Shown one piece after another: positions 15,218 through 25,365 of a stretch of DNA of 64,000 bases. A model generated the notes under the pieces. That model had not been told where the DNA came from. It did no database searches and saw only the letters and a program-made list of their open reading frames with translations. The stretch is from contig CAWFDP010000001.1 in the NCBI GenBank assembly GCA_963814635.1, positions 145,250 through 209,249 of the forward strand, in the 5' to 3' direction. The stretch comes from an uncultured Acidobacteriota bacterium (lineage in GTDB: Bacteria > Acidobacteriota > Terriglobia > Acidiferrales > UBA7541). The translations under genes were made by a program, and so were the position numbers. The stretch's first letter is position 1. The number at the start of each line of letters is the position of its first letter.

Positions 15218-16678
15218 ATGGCCGTTCGAGAAAAAGTATTGGTAGTGGATGACGAACCGAGCATCCGGAAGTATCTGCAAACGCTGCTGGAGGTGGATGG
15301 GTTCGATGTAGAGACGCTGAGCAGCGGACGAGAAGCGGTCAAGCGCATCAGCGACGGCCAGAGGCCCGATCTAATCATTCTGGATGTTCTGATGCCGGAA
15401 CTGAACGGCATCGATACGCTGACGGAGTTGATGCAGTTGGACCGCTCGCTGAACGTGATTATGCTGTCCTGTTCGAACGAAGTGGGCACGGTCGTAGAGG
15501 CGATTCGAATCGGCGCGCATGACTATCTAACCAAGCCATTCGAGAAATCGGAGCTGGATGCAGCGATATTGAAGTCGCGGCAAAAGAAGGAATTGGTCAC
15601 TGAGAATCAGGTGCTGCGCGATTATTGCGATCAGGTAACGGAAGACTTGAGCTTTCTGGCGGCAAGCCCGCAAATGGTGCGGATTCGCCAGCAGATCCTG
15701 CAAATCGCGCCGGTGGATGTTCCGGTATTCGTTTGCGGAGAGAGCGGCGTAGGAAAAGAAGTGGTGGCGCGGATGATTCACCTGCGATCGAAGAGGAGAA
15801 ATCAGCCGTTTATAAAGGTGAACTGCGCCGCGTTGCCGGGAGAACTCCTGGAGTCGGAGTTATTCGGATTCGAACAGGGAGCGTTCACCGGGGCGGTGCG
15901 ATCGAAGCCGGGAAAATTCGAGCTGGCGAACAAGGGGACGATCTTTCTGGATGAGATCGCGGAGATGAGCACCCACTTGCAGGCGAAATTGCTGCACGTG
16001 CTGCAGGATCATCAATATTCACGATTGGGCGGACGGCATCTGATCGATACCGATGTGCGGGTGCTGGCAGCGACCAACGTCGACGTGCACGAAGCCATGA
16101 AAACCGGAAAGTTTCGTGAGGATCTGTACTACCGGTTGAATGTGCTGTCGATTGTGGTCCCACCGCTAAGAGAACGGACGGCCGAGATTCCGCTGTTGTT
16201 CCGGCACTTTCTCCAGAAGTACAGCGAAAAATTCGGGAAGACGCAGATGGAGCCCTCGAAACACTTGCTGGATGCGGCGCTCAATTATCCCTGGCCCGGA
16301 AATTTGCGCGAACTGGAAAATTTCGTGAAGCGCTATGTGATCCTGGAAGACGACGAAGGCAGCCTGCGGGAACTGGTGGAGATGTCTGCGACGCGGCATA
16401 GAACCTCGCCTCGCGAAGAAGTGATGGTGCCCAAGGAGCAAGGACTGAAGGCGCTAGTGCGCGGTTTGAAGGACGAAGCGGAGATGGAAGCAATCGCCGA
16501 CGCGTTGGAGAAAACGCGCTGGTGCCGGAAAGACGCGGCGAAAATGCTGGGCATCAGCTACAAGGCGCTGTTATACAAGATGCGGCAGTTCAATCTGGAT
16601 ACCCCGCGCACCCGGCGTTCGGCGAGTGCAACACCGGCCACGGAGAAGGTGCCGGTTCCAATAGCCACCAGCGAATAA
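15218..16678 (+). CDS. sigma-54-dependent response regulator (NtrC family; PrsR-like)
   Basis: Receiver domain (VLVVDDEPSIR...DLIILDVLMPELNG), AAA+ domain (GESGVGKE, ESELFGFEQGAFTGA) and C-terminal Fis-type HTH (AAKMLGISYKALLYKMRQ). Confidence 0.9.
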   Translation: MAVREKVLVVDDEPSIRKYLQTLLEVDGFDVETLSSGREAVKRISDGQRPDLIILDVLMPELNGIDTLTELMQLDRSLNVIMLSCSNEVGTVVEAIRIGAHDYLTKPFEKSELDAAILKSRQKKELVTENQVLRDYCDQVTEDLSFLAASPQMVRIRQQILQIAPVDVPVFVCGESGVGKEVVARMIHLRSKRRNQPFIKVNCAALPGELLESELFGFEQGAFTGAVRSKPGKFELANKGTIFLDEIAEMSTHLQAKLLHVLQDHQYSRLGGRHLIDTDVRVLAATNVDVHEAMKTGKFREDLYYRLNVLSIVVPPLRERTAEIPLLFRHFLQKYSEKFGKTQMEPSKHLLDAALNYPWPGNLRELENFVKRYVILEDDEGSLRELVEMSATRHRTSPREEVMVPKEQGLKALVRGLKDEAEMEAIADALEKTRWCRKDAAKMLGISYKALLYKMRQFNLDTPRTRRSASATPATEKVPVPIATSE

Positions 16679-16965
16679 ACGGATATTTGTACCGGTGCTT
16701 CGAAGACACACCGGAGGAAAAATCGACTAGGCCAGCTTGGCAGAACAGTGTAATTTGTGATGCAAGCAATGAGCTAGGGAGAAGTAGCACTGGTGTAGGA
16801 ACAGCCGGCAAGAACGATATTTTAGGGGCTAGACGGTTGTTGAATCTAAGAGTGTGAACTCTGCATTAGAAAATATTCAGAAATAGTATTAAGACGATTC
16901 GCTAACAAACTCTGAGCGAAAGGATCGCGGGCGGAAGCATAGAAAACCGCGAACGTTGGTGGTGA

Positions 16966-17310
16966 ATGGGTGCAATGTCTGAACGTAGGGCAGCGCGGCG
17001 GTACGATCTGTCGTTGCCAATTATGGTCAGGGTTCCGGCGCAAGGATTTGCGGAAACCCAAAATGGAAAGACCCGGGACATCTCCACCCGGGGGCTGTAT
17101 TTTGTAATCGATCGAGACGTAAACGCCGGCTCGGCGCTGGATATCATGCTTACGTTGCCGAGCGAAATGACCAACGGAGACGAGGTACTAGTCAAGGCGT
17201 TAGGTAAAGTGGTGCGGGTGGAACAGCGTATTGAGGATGGAAGCGCCCGGCAGGGTGTGGCTGCGGTCATTGAGAGATACGACATAATGCGAGGGGCAGC
17301 AAGCGCTTAA
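16966..17310 (+). CDS. single-domain PilZ protein
   Basis: 114-aa ORF with motifs RRAAR (RxxxR) and DISTRG (D-x-S-x-x-G). Confidence 0.8.
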   Translation: MGAMSERRAARRYDLSLPIMVRVPAQGFAETQNGKTRDISTRGLYFVIDRDVNAGSALDIMLTLPSEMTNGDEVLVKALGKVVRVEQRIEDGSARQGVAAVIERYDIMRGAASA

Positions 17311-17572
17311 GGACCAATAGGCAGATTTCGAGTCGTTCAGCAAGGGAAGTGGAATTCTTGCAGTCGGCAGATTGTTTCCGAAAGAAGCAAACTTTGGTAT
17401 TGGCACCATGGGCTATAGGTACCATTACCTATCCATTTTGTAGCGACCTAATCTGTACAAATTAAAAGAGTTAAGTGGTTAAGCGGCGATCAACTGCTCG
17501 CAGTTGTGGTTGTTAGCCGTGGTTGTCCGAATGCAACCTGTGGCTTGGCGTGAGGTTGTAGCGCCAAGAGAT

Positions 17573-18646
17573 ATGTCCAGTCGAGCAGCCACAAAAATGG
17601 TCCGGACCGAAGGGGTGGGAGTGCTCCCGCCGGACGAGGTACTGTTTGGCACTTCGCCGGCGATGGAAGAGGTGCGGCAGAAGGCGTTGAAGATCTGCCG
17701 GACGAATGTACCGGTGCTGTTATTGGGAGATGGCGGAACCGGCAAGGAAGTGCTGGCGCGGTGGATACACGCGAACTCGCCTTTCGCCGGCGGAGAGTTC
17801 GTGAAGGTCAATTGCGCGGCGATTCCAGGGAGCCTGCTCGAAAGCGAACTTTTCGGGCACGAACGCGGGGCATTCACGGGAGCGCAAGCTGCGAAGCCGG
17901 GGCGGGTCGAGAGGGCACACCTGGGCACGCTGTTTCTGGATGAAGTAGGCGATCTGGATTTTGGCCTACAGAGCAAGTTGCTGCATTTTCTCCAGGATGG
18001 CTATTTTTCCCGGCTTGGGGACGAGATTGAGCGCACCGTGGATACCCGAATCATTTGCGCAACCAGCCGAAGCATTGAAAACGAAATCGCGGCGGGCCGG
18101 TTTCGCGCAGACTTCTATTACCGGATCAACGTGCTCAAGATCGTGATGCCCAAGCTTGCGGACCGACGGGGCGACATTCCACAACTTGCTGAGTATTTCC
18201 GGAATTTGCATTCACAAACATTTGAAAAAGAGTGCGAGCCGTTCGGGCCGGAGATTCTGGTTTATCTTCAGAATGTGCCGTGGCAGGGAAATCTGCGAGA
18301 GCTGTCGAACTGCATTGCGCGTTATATCGTGGTGGGACCTGAGGCGCTGATGGACCGTGATCCGAACCGTTCGAGGACGACGGGCCGAACCAGCCGGAGC
18401 GACGAGCGGGGACCGCTACCGTTAAAGACGATTACCAAGGAAGCGATTCGAGAGATGGAGCGAAACGCCATCATAGAGGCGTTGCGAGCGAACCACTGGA
18501 ATCGGCGTAAAGCGGCGCAAGAACTAAAGATCAGCTACCGAGCGCTGATCTACAAGATTCGCGACGCCGGGCTGATTGTGAAGCGTCCAGCGGTGCAAGC
18601 GCGAACCACGAACGTATCGAGTGGAACGCAATTGTCGGGCGACTAA
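17573..18646 (+). CDS. sigma-54 enhancer-binding protein lacking any N-terminal sensory or receiver domain (PspF/HrpS-like architecture)
   Basis: The AAA+ core starts within about 25-45 aa of any possible start (LFGTSPAMEEV..., GDGGTGKE, ESELFGHERGAFTGA). C-terminal HTH is AAQELKISYRALIYKIR. The start could be 17504, 17531, 17573 or 17597. Confidence 0.85.
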   Translation: MSSRAATKMVRTEGVGVLPPDEVLFGTSPAMEEVRQKALKICRTNVPVLLLGDGGTGKEVLARWIHANSPFAGGEFVKVNCAAIPGSLLESELFGHERGAFTGAQAAKPGRVERAHLGTLFLDEVGDLDFGLQSKLLHFLQDGYFSRLGDEIERTVDTRIICATSRSIENEIAAGRFRADFYYRINVLKIVMPKLADRRGDIPQLAEYFRNLHSQTFEKECEPFGPEILVYLQNVPWQGNLRELSNCIARYIVVGPEALMDRDPNRSRTTGRTSRSDERGPLPLKTITKEAIREMERNAIIEALRANHWNRRKAAQELKISYRALIYKIRDAGLIVKRPAVQARTTNVSSGTQLSGD

Positions 18647-18811
18647 CGTTTTAAATCCTAACTCCCTAGCTAAACGAACGATAATAAAACAAGCCGATAC
18701 TGACCGGCGGATCAGGCACCCGTCCATTCGAACAGTCCACAAACGGCGAATCGCTCGGAAAAATTTCGCACAGAAAACGCCACGGAGGTACGGGTGTAAA
18801 TGATGTTCAGC

Positions 18812-18833
18812 GGGACAGGGGAACGCCTGTCCC
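18812..18833 (+). terminator. hairpin GGGACAGG-ggaacg-CCTGTCCC followed by TTAATT
   Basis: Read directly, about 165 nt after the stop of 17573..18646. The T-tract is poor. Confidence 0.45.
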
Positions 18834-18916
18834 TTAATTGAACGTCTAACCAGTATTTTTTACACGAGTCGAAGCCGTAGTCTGCCCTCACGGACCGAAA
18901 GGCCGGAGGGGAAGAC

Positions 18917-21514
18917 ATGGCGAGATCGAATGCGGCGCGGAGAAGTGCGGGGAAGAGCTTCAGGGGGAACGCGACAAGCGGATGGGTAATCACTGGAGTG
19001 CTGGCCTTAGTTTCATGCACCGGGATTGGACTCGGAGGCTGCGCGGGATTGGCGGAACCCTCGAATGCAAATCCGGCGCCGCAGGCCGCAGTACAAATCA
19101 GCCCAGCGAACATCACATTTGCAAAAACACCGGTTGGGCAGAAGGTGACGCAGGCAGCCACCCTCACCAATACCGGGAATGAAGCGGTGACCATTACCCA
19201 ACTTGCCGCGTCATCGTCGGAATTCGTGGCGTCAGGAATCGCAACACCATTGAAATTAGGACCGGGACAGTCGGCGAAGTTTCAAGTGGTGTTTACGGGT
19301 TCCACGTCAGGAACGGCTTCCGGCACACTCATGGCGATGACCTCACATGGTCAGTCCTCCTCAAAGACCAAGCTAAACGGTTCGGCGGCAAAAGCAGCAG
19401 CGCAACTGGCGCTCAGCACCAGCAACGAAAATTTTGGAAGCGTTCTAGTGAATGGACACAGCACTCAAGCGATAACAATTCAGAACTCGGGCCAATCGGA
19501 TATGCAAATTTCGCAGATTGCGGTAAGCGGCGCGGGATTCAGCGTAAGTGGAGTGGCCACACCGGTGACGGTGCCCGTGGGGCAGTCGATGGCGTTACAG
19601 ACGACGTTCGCGCCGACCAGCGCCGGGGCAGCGACTGGCGCGATTACTGTGACCAGCGATGCCACAAATCCGACAGCCAACGTGACCTTGAGCGGAACCG
19701 GGGTGGGAGCAACCTATACGATGTTGCTGGCGCCAGCGAGCGTGAGCTTTGGGAATGTCAATGTAGGAAGCAGAACGACGCAAAACATCCAGTTGTCGAA
19801 CACCGGAAACAGCAGCGTGACGGTGACTCAGGTTGCGGCGAGTGGTACCGGTATCTCGGTCGGTGGAATTGCGACTCCCGTGACGCTCCAGCCTTTGCAG
19901 AACGCAGTGTTGACGGTTACCTATGCTCCGACGACGAGCGGAGCTTCGACCGGTAGCATCGTGGTGACCAACAGTGATGGTGTGAACGCAATGGATGCGG
20001 TGACCGGAACGGGTGTCCAGGCTGGAATTAGTGTGACACCGGGGAGCGCGAGTTTTGGCTCGGTGCTGACCGGGAACACCGGTTCGCAGACGATACAAAT
20101 CAAGAACAGCGGAAATGCGAACTTAACAATATCGCAGGCAGCGGCGACCGGCGCGGGATTCAGCGTGAGCGGAATGACTCTGCCGATGACCTTGACGCCA
20201 GGGCAAAGCGGAAACCTGACCGTGCAGTACGCGCCACAGGCGGCGGGGAGCTCGAGCGGCACGGTGTCGATTTCGAGCAATGCGCCGAATTCTCCCTCGA
20301 CCGTTGCGCTGAGCGGGACGGGCACGACAGCGACCAGCACCATGACACTTTCACCGGCGAGCGTGAGTTTTGGCAATGTGAACCTGGGAAGCAGCGCCAC
20401 GCAAAACGTGCAGCTGACGAATACCGGAAACTCGAGTGTGACCGTAACGCAAGTGGCGGCAACTGGGACCGGGATTACGGTTAGCGGAGTGACAACGCCG
20501 CTGACGCTTGCACCATCACAGACCGTTGCGTTGAGCGTGAACTATGCTCCAGCGGCGAACGGAGCGACGGCAGGCAGCATCACGGTAACCAACAACGGCG
20601 GCGTCAGCACGACGGACGCGGTAACCGGAACGGGAGTGCAGGCAGGTCTGAACATTATGCCGACCAGTGTGAGCTTTGGATCTGTGGTCAGCGGAAACAC
20701 GAATTCTCAAACAGTGCAATTGAAGAACAGCGGAACGGCGAACCTGACGATTTCGCAAGCGACGGTGACCGGGAGCGGGCTCAGCCTGGCCGGACTGTCG
20801 CTGCCACTGACCTTGGCACCGGGCCAGAGTGGAAACTTTAACGTGCAGTACAAGCCGCAGGGATCAGGGAATGTCAGCGGATCGGTATCCATCGTGAGCA
20901 ACGCGCCGAACTCTCCGGCGTCGGTGGCGTTGAGCGGCACGGGCATCGCCGCGACGTACACCATCAGCGTGAACCCAACAAGCTTGAGCTTCGGGACGGT
21001 GACCGATGGCACTACGGCAGCGCAAGGGTTTACGGTCACAAACACCGGAAATTCTAATGTGGCGATCTCTGCAATGACTCTGACCGGCACTGGCTACTCG
21101 CTGCAAAGCGGAGCCGGGGCAGTAACACTTTCACCGAACCAGAGCGCCTCGGTCGGCGTGCAGTTCGCGCCAGCCGCGGCAGGAGCCGCGAACGGCGGCG
21201 TGAACATCGTGAGCAACGCGACGGGTTCGACTTCCAATGTGTCGCTGAGCGGCAGCGGAGTTGCGCCGAACGTTCCGCACACGGTGGGTCTGAATTGGGG
21301 AGCAAGCACTTCAACCGTGGCGGGCTACAACGTTTATCGCAGCACGGTGAGTGGTAGCTCGTATGCGAAGGTCAACGCTGCGCTGGTGGCGGGAATGGGC
21401 TACTCCGACGCTGCCGTGCAGAGCGGACAGACTTACTATTATGTGGCGACGGCGGTAGATGGCAGCGGCAACGAAAGCGTGTACTCGAACGAAGTGGCGG
21501 CGGTGGTTCCTTAA
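18917..21514 (+). CDS. large surface protein with about 8 choice-of-anchor-D / HYDIN-like Ig domains and a C-terminal FN3
   Basis: 865-aa ORF with a GGAGGGG SD 5 nt upstream and a signal/lipobox-like N-terminus (VLALVSCTG). Repeated units have the form FGxVxxGxxxxQxxxLxNxGNxxxTIxQ...G.GFS..G...P.TL.PGQS. It is a paralog of 10580..11632, including the FN3 tail. Confidence 0.85.
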   Translation: MARSNAARRSAGKSFRGNATSGWVITGVLALVSCTGIGLGGCAGLAEPSNANPAPQAAVQISPANITFAKTPVGQKVTQAATLTNTGNEAVTITQLAASSSEFVASGIATPLKLGPGQSAKFQVVFTGSTSGTASGTLMAMTSHGQSSSKTKLNGSAAKAAAQLALSTSNENFGSVLVNGHSTQAITIQNSGQSDMQISQIAVSGAGFSVSGVATPVTVPVGQSMALQTTFAPTSAGAATGAITVTSDATNPTANVTLSGTGVGATYTMLLAPASVSFGNVNVGSRTTQNIQLSNTGNSSVTVTQVAASGTGISVGGIATPVTLQPLQNAVLTVTYAPTTSGASTGSIVVTNSDGVNAMDAVTGTGVQAGISVTPGSASFGSVLTGNTGSQTIQIKNSGNANLTISQAAATGAGFSVSGMTLPMTLTPGQSGNLTVQYAPQAAGSSSGTVSISSNAPNSPSTVALSGTGTTATSTMTLSPASVSFGNVNLGSSATQNVQLTNTGNSSVTVTQVAATGTGITVSGVTTPLTLAPSQTVALSVNYAPAANGATAGSITVTNNGGVSTTDAVTGTGVQAGLNIMPTSVSFGSVVSGNTNSQTVQLKNSGTANLTISQATVTGSGLSLAGLSLPLTLAPGQSGNFNVQYKPQGSGNVSGSVSIVSNAPNSPASVALSGTGIAATYTISVNPTSLSFGTVTDGTTAAQGFTVTNTGNSNVAISAMTLTGTGYSLQSGAGAVTLSPNQSASVGVQFAPAAAGAANGGVNIVSNATGSTSNVSLSGSGVAPNVPHTVGLNWGASTSTVAGYNVYRSTVSGSSYAKVNAALVAGMGYSDAAVQSGQTYYYVATAVDGSGNESVYSNEVAAVVP

Positions 21515-22362
21515 ACCGCGGTACGACTGCTGCGCTCTTCTAGGAAAGCCCTGAGGGCATCCTGCCAGGGGCGCAGCTTTAATCCGCAAGCGTGCAGACT
21601 TGCCGGCGAGAGTACGGAATAGTGCGGACGGCGAGCGGGTCGGGCTGATTGATCGGTAGTAATGGGACGAACCGACAGGGAGCCGCGGCCGGACTGAGCA
21701 AGAATCTCGCGAGCGAAATCAAACCAGGAACAGATGCCCTCGTTGGTGATGTGCACGATTCCGCGCGCATCTTTCTGAACCAAATCACGGATGGCGGCTG
21801 CAAGATCGCGAGTGTAGGTAGGCGAACCGATTTGGTCGTTGACTACCGATAACTCCGGACGAGTTTCCGCGGCACGCAGAATTTTATCCGGAAAAGATGG
21901 GCCGTGAACTCCGAAAAGCCATGAAGTGCGGCCGATGCACCAGGAAGAGCTGTTTTTCTGGAGTGCTTGTTCGCCAGCAGCTTTCGAAGCTCCATAAACA
22001 TTGAGCGGCGCGATGGGGTCGGAAGTTTCGTAAGGGCGAACACCGTTGCCATCGAAAACATAATCAGTGCTGACCAGAAAAACGCGAGCGGCAGTGGAGT
22101 GGGCGGCGCGAGCGACGTTTTCAACGCCAGTGGAATTTACCGCGAAAGCGAGTTCAGGATTTTTTTCGCAGCCGTCCACATCGGTGTAGGCCGCGGAAAG
22201 AATGATCCAGTCGGGGCGAACTTTTTGCACGAGTTTTTCCACTTGCAAGAAATCGCGCAAATCGGCTTCCGCGGAGCCGGCAGGAATCAATTCGTCGGAC
22301 TGCCATTCTTTGAGCAGGTCGGTGCCGAGCATGCCTCGAGCACCCAATACGAGGATGCGCAT
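21511..22362 (-). CDS. rfbD: dTDP-4-dehydrorhamnose reductase
   Basis: 283-aa ORF MRILVLGARGMLGTDL...YGASKAAGE, the RmlD Rossmann and YxxxK pattern. Confidence 0.9.
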   Translation of the reverse strand: MRILVLGARGMLGTDLLKEWQSDELIPAGSAEADLRDFLQVEKLVQKVRPDWIILSAAYTDVDGCEKNPELAFAVNSTGVENVARAAHSTAARVFLVSTDYVFDGNGVRPYETSDPIAPLNVYGASKAAGEQALQKNSSSWCIGRTSWLFGVHGPSFPDKILRAAETRPELSVVNDQIGSPTYTRDLAAAIRDLVQKDARGIVHITNEGICSWFDFAREILAQSGRGSLSVRPITTDQSARPARRPHYSVLSPASLHACGLKLRPWQDALRAFLEERSSRTAV

Positions 22363-22365
22363 GGA

Positions 22366-22998
22366 TTATTTGTACTGAGTTTCCCAGTCGTAGGCGATAT
22401 CGGGATGATTGTAGGGGATGCGGAGTTCGTCGGCCGGATTGTAATGGCGATCGGTGAAATAGACGAGCTGGATAGGTTCAACTCCCAGTGCTTTGTAGCC
22501 GTGGGCGACGCCGGGGGGAATCAAGATTTCCCAGGGTTGAAAGCGGCCGGCAAAAATGGTGTTGATGGCGCCGAAGGTCCTGGAACGGCGGCGCAGATCG
22601 TAGAGAAAGACCTGAACCATGCCGGAAATTGGCGCCCACAGATCGGTTTGCTCGGAATGGTAGTGAATGGCCTTAATAGTGCCCGGATAGGTGAGGGTCA
22701 GCGAGACTTGAATTTTATGAACGGCGTCAGGGACCATGTTGGTGGCGAGGCCCTTGCCGAGCCGGGCGAGTTCGGTGAAAAAGCCGCGATCGTCGGGATA
22801 AATTTGCAGCGGCTCGATTTGCACACCGTCGATGAGGTCAGGTGAGTTCGGCTTGGCGATGATTTTGCCGAGGGTCTTAGCTTCACGCCTGGCGATAGCC
22901 ATTTCGATGCCGTTACGAGTGCCCAGCGGAACGATTTCCGATTGCGTTTCTTGTGTTGCGGTCATATCAGCCGCCATGGTGTTGCCCTCTATCTTCAA
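22366..22998 (-). CDS. rfbC: dTDP-4-dehydrorhamnose 3,5-epimerase (RmlC-type cupin)
   Basis: DDRGFFTEL...IHYHSEQTDLW...GVAHGY. The N-terminal ~50 aa extension is unusual, so a later start (Met33, 22902) is possible. Confidence 0.85.
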   Translation of the reverse strand: MKIEGNTMAADMTATQETQSEIVPLGTRNGIEMAIARREAKTLGKIIAKPNSPDLIDGVQIEPLQIYPDDRGFFTELARLGKGLATNMVPDAVHKIQVSLTLTYPGTIKAIHYHSEQTDLWAPISGMVQVFLYDLRRRSRTFGAINTIFAGRFQPWEILIPPGVAHGYKALGVEPIQLVYFTDRHYNPADELRIPYNHPDIAYDWETQYK

Positions 22999-23040
22999 TT
23001 GAAAGCCGGAATGGCTTGTCTGTAAAGAGCCGGGAAGTGT

Positions 23041-25365
23041 TCAGGTGCCGGCAAGCTCACTTAGCGCTTTGCGCGCAGACTCTGCAACGCTGCTGTCGGG
23101 TTTCGCCTTAATAGCCCCTTCGAAGGCTTTCCGCGCGCGAACCGGATCATTCAACTTTTGATAGACCATTCCCAGGTGATAACGATAGGTGGGATTAGCC
23201 GGAGCCTTCTTCACGGCGTCTTCGAGGAGGGGAGCGGCGACGGAAAAGGCACCAGTATGGAAATAGGCCCAGGCCAAGGTATCGGCGGAGTTGGGTGACT
23301 GACCCAAACCGCGGCGAGCGGTTTGCGCGAGGGTGAGAGCGACATTCGGATCACCGCCGTGTTCGAGCAACAGATAAGCAAGATTGTTGGCTGCGTAGGG
23401 ATTGTCAGCTTGAATGGAAAGAGCCTGCTGATAGGCGGCTTGAGCCTGCTGCCAGTCGCCCTTGGTTTCATAAAGAGTGCCGAGCGATACCGCGAGCTGG
23501 GCATTTGTCGGGAGCAGCACAAAGGCCCGTTTGTAACTGGCGATGGCTGCGTCGGTTTCTCCGCGACCTGCTTGCAATCCGGCCAGGGCCATTAGCGGCA
23601 CGGCATTGGAAGGAGCAAGTTCGACGGAGCGGGAAAACGACTGTTCGGCATCAGCTGGCTTCGAATCACGAAGCTGGGCTTGGCCCAGGAGATAAGCAAG
23701 CTCGGCGCTATTGGGCGATTTCTGCAGTTGCTCTTGCAAGCGGGCAACCGCTACGCCTGGCTGAGCGCGCAGGAAGTCCAGGTTCGCCAGGCCTTCCTGG
23801 GCCGGCAACGAATCAGGGTTACGAGCGAGAGCTTGCTTAAAGTACGCGTCAGCTTCTGGAAAGCGCTTTTGCTGAGTGCGCAAAAGTCCCAATTGGATAT
23901 AGCCGATAGGATTTTGCGGGGCGTACAGGACGAGACGGTTCAGATCGGCCTCGGCGCCAGCAGCATCTCCTTGGTTGCCGCGCGCGGTGGCATGAAAGAT
24001 ATAGCCATCGGCGGAGTTCGGCACCAGCCTGACGAGCTGTTGGCCGATGGAGTCGAGTTCCTTCCAGTCCTTGCGTTGGGCGGCAAGCGCGGCAAGCGCG
24101 CGCCAAGCCTCCGCGGAGTTCGGTTGCAATTTGACGGCTTGCCGCCACTCGTTTTCGGCCTGATTTGAGTTGCCCTTCGCCTGGTAAGCAAAACCGAGTT
24201 GCACATGGCCGGGTGAATAGTCTGGCGAAGCCTTCAGCGCTTGTTGCAACGTGAATATGGCTTCGTCAACCTTCTTTTGTTGAAGTTGAATTTCTCCACG
24301 AAGAACCAGCGCTTCGACGTCGCCGGGAGTGGACTTCAGAATCGAATCGTTTAACGGGACGGCTTCATCGAGTTTGTGAGCTTGGATCAGAAGTTCGACG
24401 TAGGTCTTTTTGACACTTAGATCGCTCGGGTGCGAAGAGAGCAACGAAGAAAATTCAGAAAGCGCTTTTGCGGAGTCGCCACGCGCGATGTAGAAGTCAC
24501 CCAACATCCGGTAAGCGGCGGGAACATCGGAGATTTGATTTTTGGCATCACTGAGAATCTTTTCCGCTTGTTCGGATTGGCCTTGCGAGAAATACCAGTT
24601 GGCGAGAGCGGCGCGCGGCGCAGGATTTTTTGGTTCAAGCTGAACTGCGGATTCCAGTTGCTTGCGAGCCTCTTCCGGACGTTTCAGCTTTTGGTAAAGC
24701 GCCGCCAGGAACATTTGCGAAGTGATAGAAGACGGATCGAGCGATTGAGCCTTTTTAAAATTGCCTTCTGCTTCACCATAGGCCGTGTACTTTTCCTGTA
24801 AGAGGGCGAGATTCAGATAGACGGCGGAGCGTTCCGGGGCAAAAGTTATTGCGTCGCGCGCCGTGCTGAGGGCTTCTTTTTGCTTGCCGAGAACCGCGTT
24901 GGCATTCGCAAGGAGCATTTCGGCGTCCGCGTTCTTGGGATCACTGTGCAATACCAGAAGAGCGATGTCTTCGGCGTCTTTGCCTCGGCCTCCGCCAAGA
25001 TATAGCTTGCCAAGGTCCACTTGCGCCGGCCAATTTTCAGGCTCGATTTCCACGGTGCGGCGCAGTTCCTGGTAGGCCGCACTCCAATTCGACAATCTTA
25101 TTTGGCATCGGGCGACGTTGTAATGCGCGGACGCGATATTGGGATCGATTTGCAGTGCACGACCATAGGTCAAAATTGCTTCACGGCATTTGCCCTGGTC
25201 GAAGTAAGCGCCGGCATCTTTTAGAAATTTTTGCTTACGGACCGCCGGATCGCGCGAGCATCCATTGAGGCCCACGATAAGAAGTAGCGCGCAGACGGCG
25301 CGCACAAACGCCTTGACTGCTGGTAATTGCGAACTGCGTGAAGAGTAAGCGAGTCGAGATATCAT
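23041..25365 (-). CDS. TPR-repeat lipoprotein (PrsT-like, PEP-CTERM system associated)
   Basis: 774-aa ORF with a lipobox (LLIVGLNGC) followed by TPR repeats throughout. Confidence 0.85.
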   Translation of the reverse strand: MISRLAYSSRSSQLPAVKAFVRAVCALLLIVGLNGCSRDPAVRKQKFLKDAGAYFDQGKCREAILTYGRALQIDPNIASAHYNVARCQIRLSNWSAAYQELRRTVEIEPENWPAQVDLGKLYLGGGRGKDAEDIALLVLHSDPKNADAEMLLANANAVLGKQKEALSTARDAITFAPERSAVYLNLALLQEKYTAYGEAEGNFKKAQSLDPSSITSQMFLAALYQKLKRPEEARKQLESAVQLEPKNPAPRAALANWYFSQGQSEQAEKILSDAKNQISDVPAAYRMLGDFYIARGDSAKALSEFSSLLSSHPSDLSVKKTYVELLIQAHKLDEAVPLNDSILKSTPGDVEALVLRGEIQLQQKKVDEAIFTLQQALKASPDYSPGHVQLGFAYQAKGNSNQAENEWRQAVKLQPNSAEAWRALAALAAQRKDWKELDSIGQQLVRLVPNSADGYIFHATARGNQGDAAGAEADLNRLVLYAPQNPIGYIQLGLLRTQQKRFPEADAYFKQALARNPDSLPAQEGLANLDFLRAQPGVAVARLQEQLQKSPNSAELAYLLGQAQLRDSKPADAEQSFSRSVELAPSNAVPLMALAGLQAGRGETDAAIASYKRAFVLLPTNAQLAVSLGTLYETKGDWQQAQAAYQQALSIQADNPYAANNLAYLLLEHGGDPNVALTLAQTARRGLGQSPNSADTLAWAYFHTGAFSVAAPLLEDAVKKAPANPTYRYHLGMVYQKLNDPVRARKAFEGAIKAKPDSSVAESARKALSELAGT

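Noticed and set aside
17401-17416. TGGCAC upstream of the second bEBP gene as a sigma-54 promoter
   Set aside because: The following GC dinucleotide is 2 nt too close (TGGCACCATGGGCTA), and sigma-54 promoters do not tolerate that spacing change.
21511-21514. Convergent genes whose stop codons overlap (TTAA shared by 18917..21514 and rfbD)
   Set aside because: It is real but probably just tight packing. No terminator can fit, which is only a minor curiosity.
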